DNA from: Balanoglossus misakiensis | Lineage: Eukaryota; Animalia; Hemichordata | Length of the DNA stretch: 64,000 nt | Direction of reading: 5' to 3' | Assembly: GCA_040954595.2 (NCBI GenBank) | Contig: CM082584.2 | Location: forward strand, 854,281 to 918,280 | The notes under the pieces: generated by a model | Told to the model about the DNA's origin: nothing | The model's input: the letters and a program-made list of their open reading frames with translations, nothing else | Databases searched by the model: none | Part shown: piece by piece, positions 13,222 to 26,554 of the stretch | Layout: each line of letters opens with the position of its first letter | Position numbering within the stretch: the first letter of the stretch is position 1 | Translations under genes and position numbers: made by a program

Positions 13222-13900
13222 GAATTATGCAAATTAGAACAGTTGTCTAATATTGCCATGTCAACCACGTTGAAATTGTTTTAGGTACCCATATTAATTA
13301 AAACCGTGAAAATGCGATATTACACACCATATAAGACAAACCAGGGAAATTTACATGTTAGAGAAGTTTGTCGGCCATTTGGATTATGCAAATTAGAACA
13401 GTTGTCTAATATTGCCATGTCAACCACGCTGAAATTGTTTTAGTTACCCATATTGATGAAAACCCTGCAAATGCGATTTTAGGCACCATATAAGACAAAA
13501 CAGGGAAATTTACATTTAAGAAGAGTTTGGTGGCCATTTTGGATTATGCAAATTAGAACAGCTGTCTAATATTGCCATGTCAACGACGTTGAAATTGTTT
13601 TAGGTACCCATATTGATGAAAACCCTGCAAATGCGATATTACACACTATTAAAGACAATCATAGTAAATTTACATGTTAGAGAAGTTTGTCGGCCATTCT
13701 AGATTATGCAAATTAGAACAGCTGTCTAACATTGCAATGTCAACCACGTTGAAATTGTTTTAGGTACCCATATTGATGAAAACCCTTCAAATGCGATACT
13801 ACACACTATTTAAGACGACCATAGGAAATTTACATGTTAGAGGAGTTTGGCGGCCATTTTGGACTATGCAAATGAGAAGAGTTGAACAAAAAATGCCATA
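13222..13900. repeat. tandem repeat, ~4.3 x 160 bp
   Basis: attatgcaaattagaacag at 13224, 13383, 13543 and 13703, degenerate at 13863; ~1.5 inverted copies at 40040-40270; diverged relatives at 41500-41880. Confidence 0.9.
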
Positions 13901-16900
13901 TTTGCAATGCTGTTGTCTTGTTTTGGGTGCCTATGTTAAGGCTTGAAAATGAAAGCTTATTCACCATTTTGGCACAAACAGTGGCGAGAAGGTGTTCCAA
14001 TGCAACTTAGAAGAGTTGCCATATTTGCAATACAGTTATATTGTTTAAGGTATGAATGCAAATCCTGAATATTAGATTTATAACAATTTCATTGGAAAGA
14101 ACATTTGTAGGTTCATCATTGACCCCATAGGACTGTCAACTCGACTACAGACAGTCTCGATGAACACAAGACATGATCCCAATTTGCAAGCTGAGTTGAA
14201 ACTGACTGCTGCAGTAACTTTAGCTCTGGGAATGTCTTGTGTGATTTAAAGCAATTGATGACCAAATTTAACACAGTTTCTCTGAGGTAACCACTTAGCT
14301 TTCGTGACTGGTTGTTTAAGAATCCAAAAAACATGAATTCTACCCAATGAATTCAACCCTTAGAATTTCACAACTGTAACAGAGTTTGCAGTCATGCACA
14401 AAAGTGTGTATCATACACATAGGAAATTTCTCACATGTATTTTTATGATGGCAATGCATTTGACTGTAAACAAACATTGACATCAGTCAGTAGCGCTATT
14501 TTGTCAGTGAAATGGCTTCATCATCATCCCTCCAACCAAAGTTGAAACTGAGTTGCAAATATTGCACAGCTTGAAATCATAAAATGTTGCAAAATTGAAC
14601 CAACAGTTCGGTCAATGATCAAGTTCTTACAGCTATTATTAGAACCAGACAATCTCAGCGAACAAGAGACATGGGCCTTATTTGCAAGACGAGTTAGAAC
14701 TGCCTTTGCCTGCCCACGGACGCCCCAGTTTCAGCAAAAATTATTGCATCAAAATGTGAGTATGGAGAACTATGCTCTGTGTTCCTTTTGTTAGCTTACA
14801 TAGCTGTTGTCATTCTAGTTTTTCCTCTGTCCTGTGAACAGAGTTTCAGTTGCGAAAACCGACAGTTCTCAAAGTACAAAAGTACACCTAAATTGCCTCG
14901 GTGATGAGCATGCAGAATTTATCTGATGCTTTTTACTGGCAGAAGGACCCCACCAGTTGCAGATTGTCAATTCCATGGCACAAGGGAATTTACGCTTTGC
15001 GTTCAAATATAAATAATTAACACCTGTTTAATTTTTCTATATGTTCTTAAGTGATGATTCAAAAGTATTATGACTGCTAGTGTGATTAATATTCTATTTT
15101 CAAAATGTGTTTCTCTTAATGATTATGAATACATCAAAATTTATGCTTTAAAATTAAATCATTATACCTGAAATATTGCAAATATTTGGAGGGTTGCATT
15201 TAATTTGAAGTTCTCGATCAAAGTTTTAGGCATAAAAAAGGTGCTACACCCCCGAAAAATTGGTAGCTATGAATTCAATTCAAAGAGTGTTGTAATGTCT
15301 GTTTTGCAACAGGGTGCCAGTTCAACAAAGCGCATGAGGATAGTAAATCACCTTTGTGAATTTTGTGCACCACAGTAAGAATTCCCTAGAAACTGCAAAC
15401 TAAATTGCAAAGCAATCAGACAAAAATGGCAGTAATTGCCAAAAAAAAAAAACAATATTGTCACTTCCATCACTGGGTTTGTTAAATTGTCATAAAATCA
15501 CACCTAAGAACATGCAAACCAAATTTTAAAAAAAATGTGGGTAGAGGTTTCTGAGTATATGACGACCAAAATCACCCCAAAATATACTTCAAAAATGAAA
15601 AATAAAATCTGTATAAAGTCTCAATAACATAAATACACACCAATTTCTAAAGCAATCTGACCAGTACCTTCTTGAGTTTCTGAGTTTAGAACAATTTCAC
15701 ATTGGTCCCAATGGTATATTGACATATACAAAATTGGACCTAAAGAGTAAAACACATTTCAAAGATTTTACAATTAAAGCCTCACAAGCTGCCAAATTTT
15801 ACACATCTTTTTCCACAATAACATTTTTCAAATCATCCACCTATCCTTTAAAATCAGCACCATTGAGCCATATTACTTGAATTTGCATGGGGTTTGTCAT
15901 CTCTCTGCGATGTGTACCCTCCATATGGAGGCTGATTAAAACAGGTGTGGCGCTCGTTTAATATCTGACTTCTTTAAATTGCAACATACAGGCACATTCA
16001 TTAGTCAATAAAATGTTCATGTATACCTATCAGTCAGTTTGTTTAGATGAACAAATCTAAGATGGAAAGTAATATCATGAAAATACTGAAAGATTGGAAA
16101 CTCTGAGTTTGAGTCTAAGGATAACAAGGGAACCTCTCTACTATTTGACGCACCAAAGCTATGAAAAACTTCCTTCTTTCCCTCAAATATTTTTTATGAA
16201 TATGTTCTACTCCGTGATTAAAATTTCCCTTTTACCAAATGTACATATGTAAGAGACGAGATTTTTTCAGCAAAATTTCAAATGGCCTAGGGTGACTTTT
16301 TACCTACTTACCCATATTGGGTAGCATGAAACACAGAATGGCATACCAGTGGGTTAGAGATACAGCGTTTTATATTAACATGAATTAACATGAATTTAAA
16401 AATTTGATGGTTTACTTAGGACTGCCTTGATCCATGGTAACCTCATTAAATATGTACATATCTAATTATAGGCTATCCAGTTGCGGTAGAAACCTGGACA
16501 TGGACAACTTTGGGGTCAAAATCTTTTGACAAAATGTTGGGTGTTCTTGGGTAAACTTTGACCTACATTCCTATATCTTGGCATCCGGCACAGATACATC
16601 CTTGACACTTGGAGTGATGGAACTGCATAATGGAGTATTATGTCTCAGCTAGTCACAGTGCTTTTGCTGTGTTTTATGTCTTTTATTCAGCCAAATTAGA
16701 TGTTTTTCATTACACATTGGCTGTGTTTGCCAGTACTTTTTAGCTGGTCACACTGCCTTAACACAATGTATTCTCAAAATACTCTGCAATCTTAATGAAG
16801 CATATACAGCAGACAAAGTTGTGGTAAGACTAAACTTGCCCTTCTTTGTGATTAAAGCATGACCGGCCTGTCTTAGGTGGCCCCTACCTAGGGGCTTTAC

Positions 16901-18083
16901 CCGTCATTGGCTCACAGTCTGAGAAATCAGCTCTGCAGGGAAGTTAACGATGTAACCCACCATTAAAGCTTGGATTTCCGCTTTTTGTATTTGATGCCTG
17001 GCTGAGGCCTTCTTAGGATCTACCCAACGCTGAGTAGGCTATCCCGTCATTGGCACACAGTCTCAGGGAGGGAGTCAAAAGTTCAGTATACCATCAAAGC
17101 CTTTATATTGTCCATTCTTTTTAAGAGAAGGCTGGCTGCTGTAGAAAAATGTTGATCTCAAATTTATCATGTCCAAAAAGCCAGACTTCCAGCCCTATTG
17201 GTTAGGCTGGCATTAGGTAAGTACATAATTAATGAGGCAAGACATAATACTCAATCAAATAGTTCCATCACTCCAAGTGTCAAGGTTGTATCTGCTCCGG
17301 ATGCTAAAATATAGGAATGTAGGTCAAAGTTTACCCAAGATCACACAAATGTTTGTCAAAAGATTTTGACCCCGAAGTTGTCCATGTCCAGGTTTCTACT
17401 TCAGCTGAATAGCCTAGAATTAGATATGCACATATTTAACGAGGTTACCATTGCTCAGGGGGGTCTTAAATTAACCATCAAATTTTAGTTTCATATTAAT
17501 GCATATTAATATAAAACACTGTATCTCTAACCCTACAGGTAAGCCTAGAATTAGGTACATGTACATGCGTAAGTTTTTGACAAGACAGTTAAGCTGTAAT
17601 ATATGTACATGAACCTTGACAATTGACTTAAAATAACATAAAGGCAGAACTGATACTGATTGGAGATAGATATTACTAATGACAGTGATGTTAATTACAC
17701 CAGGAATGTTTGTCTTAGTATACGGTAGCTAACCGACTGCTTGAGGTTAAGTAATGAAAGTGCCCACTTGCGATTCACCTTCAAATAGCTACTTAGTCTT
17801 TGGTACATGTACATTGTTTTTCCAATGATTAGACAAAGGATATACATACGTGTAATTAAGGTTGGGTAGCATTTTCAATGTAATAAGCCCTGCCTTCACT
17901 ATAATCTTACACCAAATCAACACTGTTCAGGAATGTGATAGGCTTCAAAGCGACGCTAGTTACATCATAATTCCCAGCAAGGGGTATTAGTTTATTGGGC
18001 AAGTGGCATGAGTGAGGCCAGACATTAGTTTTGGAAGCAAAGCGGACAGAACACTGCCGGGCATAGACTAGGTAGTTCTGAAT

Positions 18084-19576
18084 AGTCATGTTTCATAAGT
18101 CAGGTCCATGACATATGTACCGACATCTGTGATTGGTCCATCTGGTAATCTTAGGTCCACTTGAGGCACGGTGATTGGAGGGACCTTATGTGTTAGGTCT
18201 TATTATTATGTATTATTCACTAGACCTTGTAGGTTAGGTCTTATTACTATGTATTATTCACTTTACAGCTCCCTGATTGGTTAATGTGTAGGTCTGGTCC
18301 TCCAGTGTTCACTGCCTCATTATGCAGGACCTTGTAGGTTAGGTCTTATTAACATGCATTTATTCAATTTTCAGCTCCCTGATTGGTTAATGTGTAGGTC
18401 TCCAATTTTCACTGCCTCGTTATGCAAAGTCTTTTGTACTTTCTGAATACAGTTGTCGTATTCTGTCTGGCATGCTGCCTGCGCGTTGTCGAAGCTCGAT
18501 CCCAGTGTATAAAGAAAGGCACTCATATAATGATTGGATTTAACCTTTCCTTCACTATTCATGGCATTTTTTTGTGATACTGTGAACTAGATACTCGAAA
18601 TAAAAATTGCCAGGAGAATTTTTTTATTTTATTTCCAGTGGCGGTTTGTTGAAATGGGCTAGTGTTTTGTTACGTAATGCTTTTCAGCGCATCACTTCGT
18701 GTAACACCTGGCTGAATACGAAGTGTGTGCTATTCATTCGAGCAAACCAAAAATATCTTACAATAGAACTGTTTAGAATAGCATTGCATTTCTTTAATCG
18801 GGATACCTCATTAGTTGCTTTACAGGTATGATTACTTTTATTGTACTTCTTTCACGAAGCTGCACCGTCATAGTTCCATTTTTATGAAAACAATATACGA
18901 ATGTATAAACGGACAACGTACTCCTTTTCACAACATCTACGTCAAAACAAATTTACTTTAAAATAGTAAAACAACAATAATAATATTGATGATGAGAAGT
19001 AGGAAGGTGATTTAAGAAAATATACAACTGTTAGCAAAAATGCTTAGATGTGTTAATCAGATTTTCGAAGTCCATCTAAAAATTTTAATCTTTCCAGGGT
19101 GCGGTTTATGTTGGAGATAGTATCAGTCAGGCTATTTCTCAGAAAATTAATGAATGACCTGCGGACATCCCGAATAATGTGTTACCACAACGCTAGCCAG
19201 GAAGCACATGGGACATTTCACAATGAGGCAGTGAACACTGGGAGACCAGACTGACACGTTAACCAATCAGGGAGCTGTATGGTGAATAAATACATATTAA
19301 TATGACCTAACCTACAAGGTCCTGTATTATGAGGCAGTGAACACATGGGGGACCAGACTGACACGTTAACCAATCAGGGAGCTGTAAAGCGAAAAATGCA
19401 TAGTAATAAGACCTAACCTACAAGGTCTAGTGAATAATACATAATAATAAGACCTAACCTACAAGGTCCCTCCAATCAGCGTGCCGCAAGTGGACCTAAG
19501 AGAAGCGGATAAACCAATCAAAACATGCAATACATGTGTATAGGACGTGTAATGTAGGTCATTTTGAAACAGGACT
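18084..19576. mobile_element. non-autonomous DNA transposon with ~350-bp sub-repeated TIRs, 3-bp AAT TSD
   Basis: aat-AGTCATGTTTCA ... TGAAACAGGACT-aat; the empty site (ttctgaatgtgacc, reverse strand) is present in the right arm near 31935. Confidence 0.85.
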
Positions 19577-20473
19577 AATGTGACCATGGACGTTACCACA
19601 TTAGACTCTGTATTGTAAGTTTCTGAAGAATCGCAAAAAATCATCAACAGTCTACATGTACTTCAACCTTGTGAGAAGTACTGTATAACACACAGGATAT
19701 ACTAGTCACTGTTGGTCAGGTTATTACACACTGTGGTCCCATCTGGGGATTACACAAAATTAGGTATGTCTGTGTTCATGGGAAAAATCGTGTGACATTG
19801 GCAAGCAGATATGACCTACTGTAAGAACATTTCAAAGGAACCAGACAAGTATTTTAGGGAAAACAACATTCAACAATGACAAAAACTGCCTCAAACCACA
19901 TCTATCCAACTATCAACAAATTGTATAATATCTACTTCAATCACCACGCCTACCAAAGTTGAAAGCAATCTGACTAGTAGTTTCAAAGAATACAAATTGC
20001 AAAAATTGCCCCAAGACCACAATATGTAAATTTCACCAAAATGATATACAACATTACTTGGGTTACCTCTTGGAACAAGCATACCAAAATTTAAAAGCAA
20101 TCTAAGGAGTTTCTCAGAAAATGAATTTTGACCAAAAATGACAGATTACAAATTCTGCGACAATTTAAACAAAACCAACTAAGATCACCTACCGGAAGTG
20201 TCATACTAAATTCTAAATGATGACATTACCTACATGCATACAAATGTTCAAAGCAGTCTAACCAGTTGTTGAGTTTTGATCAATTCCACATATTTCACAG
20301 GTTATTTGCGTATTTTTGCATTGACAACTTCATTTCAGCAAAATCCCATCTACACACCAAAATAAAAAAAGCATGGTTTCATGTTTTGGATCAGGGCAGA
20401 CATACATCCATATATACATGTAACATGCATACACACATGTACACACACACACAAACACATGCATACATGGCTG

Positions 20474-20530
20474 CATACATACATACATACATACATACAT
20501 ACATACATACATACATACATACATACATAC
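20474..20530. repeat. (CATA)n microsatellite
   Basis: direct reading. Confidence 0.95.
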
Positions 20531-20581
20531 AGAGGGAAACGGTCTGGTAATCAATGTTGTGACACTAGCATTAGGCCTTAA

Positions 20582-21036
20582 ACCCCGGTGCGGAAAGTAC
20601 TGGGGTTCGGATTAACGTGTGTTTGTACAGTTGTTTATTTGGGAGTGGTCGTCGTGCATAATAACTGTGTAATTGATCTCATGTACATAGAAAATAATTG
20701 AACACTTTACACCTCTATGCGATTGACAGCTGTTTGAATGGCGTGGTTATTGTTTCCCAGGGATGCTTCTGAAAAGCACTGAAACCAGATTTCTCCCAAA
20801 ATCATCGTTGTTTCAAAAGCTTGTGTACTTTTTCATCGATAACTTTATGTTGTGTGTGTTTATAAAGCCAACCACTGTCATTGTGTGGTGTAATTCTTTA
20901 TGCTTGGATCTGTTTGGGCCGATTTTCATAGAGCCAAGATCATTAGAGCCAAGATCGTTGGTGTTGTCTGTTGTCAGTCAAACGGCATTAAGATTCGCCA
21001 CTGATTTGGGGGGTCTTTTATACCACGCATCGGGGT
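20582..21036. mobile_element. TTAA-targeted MITE
   Basis: ttaa-ACCCCGGTGCG ... CGCATCGGGGT-ttaa; empty site ggccttaatgt in the right arm near 30820. Confidence 0.85.
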
Positions 21037-22485
21037 TTAATGTTTACGATATCAGGACAATTTATATCATATGAAGTTTTATGTATTCATAATTATTCAG
21101 AGAAGCAAATTTTTAAAAATGTGAAATTGTTATCAATCGGATGTGCACTGACAGCATGCTTATATGGAATACAGGTACTCTAACTCAATCAGTCATAACA
21201 CTTTTGAATCATCAATAAATAACATATAGAATAATTTTACAGGATTTAATTATTTATATTTGAACGCAAAGCGTAAATTCCCTTGTGCCATGGAATTCAC
21301 AATCTGCAACTGGTGGGGTCCTTCTGCCAGTAAGAAGCATCAGATAAATTCTGCATGCTCATCACCGAGGCAATTTAGGTGTACTTTTGTACTTTGAGAA
21401 CTGTCGGTTTTTGCAACTGAAACTCTGCTCACAGGACGGAGGAAAAACTAGAATGACAACAGCTATGTAAGCTAACAAAAGAAACACAGAGCATAGTTCT
21501 CCATACTCATATTTTAATGCAATAATTTTTGCTGAAATTGGGGCGTCCGTGGGCAGGCAAAGGCAGTTCTAACTCAACTTGCAAATCAGGCCCATGTCTC
21601 TAGTTCCCTGAGACTGTCTGGTTCTAATAATAGCTGTAAGAACATAATCGTTGACCAAAGGGTTGGTTCAATTTTGCAACATTTTATGATTTCAAGCTGT
21701 GCAATATTTGCAACTCTGTTTCAACTTTGGTTGGAGGGATGATGATGAAGCCATTTCACTGACAAAATAGCACTACTAACTGACATCCATATTTGTTTAC
21801 AGTCAAATGCATTGCCATCAGAAAAATGCATACGAAAAAATTCTTATGTGAATAATACACACTTTCTTGCACAACTGCAAACTCTGTCACATTTGTGAAA
21901 TTTTAAGGAAATTCATTCATTGGGTAGCTTTATGAATTCTTAAACAAACTTAGTCATGAAGCCTAAATGGTTACCTTACACATCTGGCGGCTCGACTTCT
22001 GTGATATGATAGTCTTCAATTAATGTGTATGTGATTCCATACAAATCCATATGATTACCTGAACGTACAAAATAAATAAAAAATAAAAAATAAATTAAAA
22101 ATAAATAAGTATCTCATACATATGCATAAGTGCTTGTGATAAATATATCCTGTATTTAAATAAACCTGTCATTTATTGACCTCGTTTTCCTATTAACCCA
22201 AAGGACTAGATTGCACTGTAATATTATTACAGCTTCATTTCAATGCAACAGGTACACTACATCATATTGGAGCAAATATGCCAGCTCAACATTGATATAA
22301 AGAGTGTCAAAATATTGGTGGCTACAAAAGCTTGTGTCCCTTCAATCCATCCTCGCACTCAGGTGAAAACGAACGTCATTAGTTTTTGGGAAAAAACCTC
22401 TGAAATCAATTTCGGTGAGGCCAAATGTGTTCCAAAGGCAAACCGTTTCTGGTAAACAAATCAATGGCAAATAATTACTTCGGCG

Positions 22486-22690
22486 ACATACCAATCAGTC
22501 AACATGGCTGCCTAATCGTTGGATAGCCTGGTTTCATCTCGCGATCATTCTGTCTTCCGATATGGCGTTGCATGGTTAAATTCGTCTCTTCTTTGCCGAC
22601 ATAGTCAGGCGACAGCGGTCGAGAAGCATAGGCAGCGACTCCATCTTGTTTACATTGTGAAGTATCGACTGCGCATGCTCAATAATTTTC
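22486..22690 (-). promoter_or_regulatory. promoter / first-exon-like module (left copy)
   Basis: CpG-rich; NRF1-like TGAGCATGCGCA; degenerate YY1 CAAGATGGAG; donor TG|gtatgt at 22491. Confidence 0.5.
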
Positions 22691-25600
22691 CGCGTTTTTT
22701 TTTTGCCAACGGCGCGCGCGCGGTGTCTGGTATAGAGAAAATAACATGCAAGTGCGCGATTATTCATTTGTAAAAAATCAGTTATACATTTGTCATCAAC
22801 GTTTGAAAACTTTCAATGATCTTACCTCGGTAAGCATTTCAAATAGGTACATTTTTATTTAGAACCATCGTATGTGGAAAATAATAAAACACAGAGTGGG
22901 GATTGGCCCTATGTTTGACTTGATCATACCCAGCTCGGTTTGCGTTTTGTCATTGACGAGGGTGTCAGACTTTTGCTGAGAGAGTGAGTTTCTATAGCGT
23001 AAACGTTTATCGACTGGACTTTCTGTGCGCCAACAATTACATTATTTTTGGCCGGGGAACACGTGCAACTTTTGATGACTGTTTTTCTAGCGCCGTGTTT
23101 TTATCTTACGACCTAGAATACCTGCTTTCGTCACCATGGTCTGCTCTGCACGTACTATGCTTTCCAGTTTATGTAGCTTGAAGTTGTACCACATTTTGGT
23201 TTCCGAGCTGTAGCGAACATAAAACCGAAACTAATAGCTACGTGTTGACCGCAGCGACTGCGTGTTTTTTTGTTGTATTCCCAACCTACAGTTTATTCTC
23301 ATGCAGCTCAGACTGAGGTCGCTTCTAAGAGAAAAAACAACAACATATTTTGGCTGCTGCCAGACCAGGAATGGAAAATCTTGAGTGGCGCTGGGCTGCA
23401 TTTCTCTGTAGGACTGTAGTTGTATTGTGCAAGGGTTCGCCAGCATCGCCTTCAGACTTGTTGTCATAGTCACTGGTGGCGGTTTGTCCTGCACTACTCG
23501 TCGTTCTATTTGATGTGGTGGTATTATTCCCAGATGTCTGTGCCGAGGATCCTGCCCGTTTTCCGATTCTCTTCGTTTTGTCGGCCATTTGCTTCACTTT
23601 TTCTGTCATTGTTGCGACGTCAGTCTCTGTTGTTGTTCGAAGGAGGCTAAAGTCCATTCACCATTAATAGCCGAATTTCCAAGATCGTCCGTTAATTACA
23701 ATGCGACGTCACGCTACCATGTCCTAAGAAAGACTACAGGGCACATTTTTTTATCTCGTGCGCACGACTTACGTGTGCATGTGATATTTTCTCGTGAACA
23801 CGAGTGCGCTCGCAATTTTCTCGTGCGCACGAGATATGCACGAGATAGCATGTTTCTCGTGCACACGAGAAAACATCTCGCTGGAACAAGATACTATCTC
23901 TTGCACAAGAAATAGAATAACTGGCAGCCACTATGATGTCTGCCACAGGCAAATTTAAATATTCCACTCTGGATCTTCTTTCAGCCCTTCGGAAAACATG
24001 AGCATTTATGAAATCCGGCTCTCAATTTTTCGAGAAGTTCCAGCAGTTGTGGTGTCGCCAAAAACGAATGTATGCCATTCCTGGCGGAAAAAAATATGCA
24101 AGAGACGCTTGCAATACACTGCCATCTACCTGACCGCCCTACATGCCTTAATGTAAGGTAGAAGGTCGGGCGGTACGAAGAGTTCACCAAAAGAGGGCGC
24201 ATTTTATCATCCATTGATTTATACTGTGTACGAGCAGAGAAGCCTCAGTGTTTGCGGTTAGAACCGTATCGGTAAGACAAAGACAGAAGAGTTGACAGAC
24301 AACAAACTTATTCAGTTTATATCATATAATTCTTACTGTAAAACGTTCCCTGAATAAAGCCTTGTGCTCATACGAACATTGAAGATTGTCGCATACAGAC
24401 CGACACCCTTTTATCTATTGTAGGTATTGAATAGAACGCTAAATACCTGTGTATTTCTTATTCATTAAGCAATGATGTAACACAACAAGTTTCGGACAGT
24501 GTGAAGAAAGGGCCAAAGCACTCTTGCAAGTTAGTGTTGTGTACTCTTTTCCAACACTGCTGCAAGCTGTTCAGCAACTGATGCTGCTTGTATCTCCGAT
24601 GACAAATGGACAGTCTGTGTGCTGTCAAAGTAAATCCATCAATTTTGCGGAGCTGAAAGGAAAATGACAGCTTGTCAAACTCAAATCTGCCAGACGAAAT
24701 AGGGAAAGAAATGCATAACAGGTAATCCACCATAGTATGAATTTTAGCCAGCATCCTATGAAATGCGGTGAAACGGAACTGCAATTAATTTTAAATGAAT
24801 TCTGCTCAAATTGTTTTGTTAGTTCTCAACATTGGATTGGAACCGTTAAATATATTGTACCGTATAACATTATCATACAGGTTAGTATGTCAAATATTTT
24901 TCCATTTGGCATTTTCTTCTTGAGGTCATTTCAACAGTATGCACACCACAGTTTGTGAGATATGGACAGAAACAAACAGGAATCTATGCAATGTTATAAT
25001 AGTATATTATTGTTAACAAGAAAGCGGCAACTCTCTGCCTGGCAGAGAATAATGATAGTCTTTTTGAAAAAAAGGCGTGCTGAGGATATGGTCAGTCAAA
25101 AACATACATGTATAAGGTATGCCTGAACTAATTTTTAATATGGTGTACTTAAATATTTATGCATTGTCACAATGACTGGAGGTCTTTAAATGACCAAGCT
25201 GTATGGACACCTCATTCAATGTTACATATATTTGTTATTACATGTTTTATTGAAATTGCCAGTTGTCTGTTTTAATTCTGGCAGTTCTGCTGTGTCTTTT
25301 GTCTTGCCCTGACAGAATGCAGTAATATTTGCAGTACAAGAGGAGTGTCAGTAAATAGTGGAGCAATATCTTTCTACGAATGTACTCATGCATTGCTCCA
25401 AAGTGAAGTACATTCGCAAAACCAGTTTGGGAAATCGGGACTCTTTTCAAGATAATACCACATTTTTGTGGATGTCACATGACATGGAAACACTCTAGAA
25501 TCACGATTGAGATAAGGTTTCGGTTTGATATACCACTTCCTTGTTATTTCAATCTGTATGTTTTCTTAACCCCCTCCCTCGAAAAAAGGTAATTGAGGTA

Positions 25601-26414
25601 ATTGTAAAATTACCTGAAAACAAACAGGCTACTCTAGCCTCCTTTTTATGAGGTTTGTGATGTAACATATTTTGAATTTCGTGCATCGATCAAAAGTTTC
25701 CGTGCACTAACTATCAAAACTATACCAAAAAATAATTTGGGCAATTCATAAGGAGAATCTAGTGGGTCAGCGGCTATAGAACTGACGTAAGTGTAAGTAT
25801 CAGAGGATTGTGGGTACGAGGCTGGGAAGAGCAAAACTCGAACACTCATGAAATCTACACGTGACGCCAAATTCTTTGTAATATGAACAGTGGAAAACTG
25901 CCATGCCATCCCTCTAAGTGCAAACTTCCAAAGATTTCAATCTGGTGATATTTAAAAAAAATATTTTATTCAAATTCATGTGGTGATATTTAAAAAAAAT
26001 ATTTTATTCAAATTCATGTTATAAATTAAACTTGCATCTATGATATAGAAATGACTCTGTCTTATATAACAAAAATACAAATAACTTGGTTAGATGACCA
26101 AAGATTTCCCATCTCGAAAAGTTTCTACCAAAATGACTAACTCCAAATCTGCTAAGAGAGCCCTAGCAAATTTAATCACTGCACATTACTCTCGATAAAA
26201 CGAAATATTGCGCATTCATTTTGTCCTTGAATTGAAATGCATGGCCAGTGTTCATAGACTTCACACACACAGGATGTTTAAGGAGTTGAATTGTTATTGA
26301 CAGCGACCAGGTCGGTAGATTCTATAGGATGAAGAAAAAATGAAAAGACAGTCAGTACATAGCTAAATTCTCCTATACAAGGGCGTCTTCAATTGGTACA
26401 GTGACTGACTGAAT

Positions 26415-26478
26415 GGATGAATGAATGAATGAATGAATGAATGAATGAATGAATGAATGAATGAATGAATGAATGATG
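26415..26478. repeat. (GAAT)n microsatellite
   Basis: direct reading. Confidence 0.95.
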
Positions 26479-26554
26479 AACGGATGAGTCGTAATAATAT
26501 GCTTCAATCATAGGGGCTTTGAAAATTATTAAAATAAAATAAAAAATAATGTAC

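Larger units (their letters stand above)
12613..22690. repeat. left arm of large inverted segmental duplication
   Basis: Collinear reverse-complement matches: 12620-12960 to 40620-40950, 14130-14310 to 39690-39868, 16650-17250 to 32760-33350, 19580-20400 to 30900-31940, 22362-22690 to 28975-29300. Confidence 0.93.
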
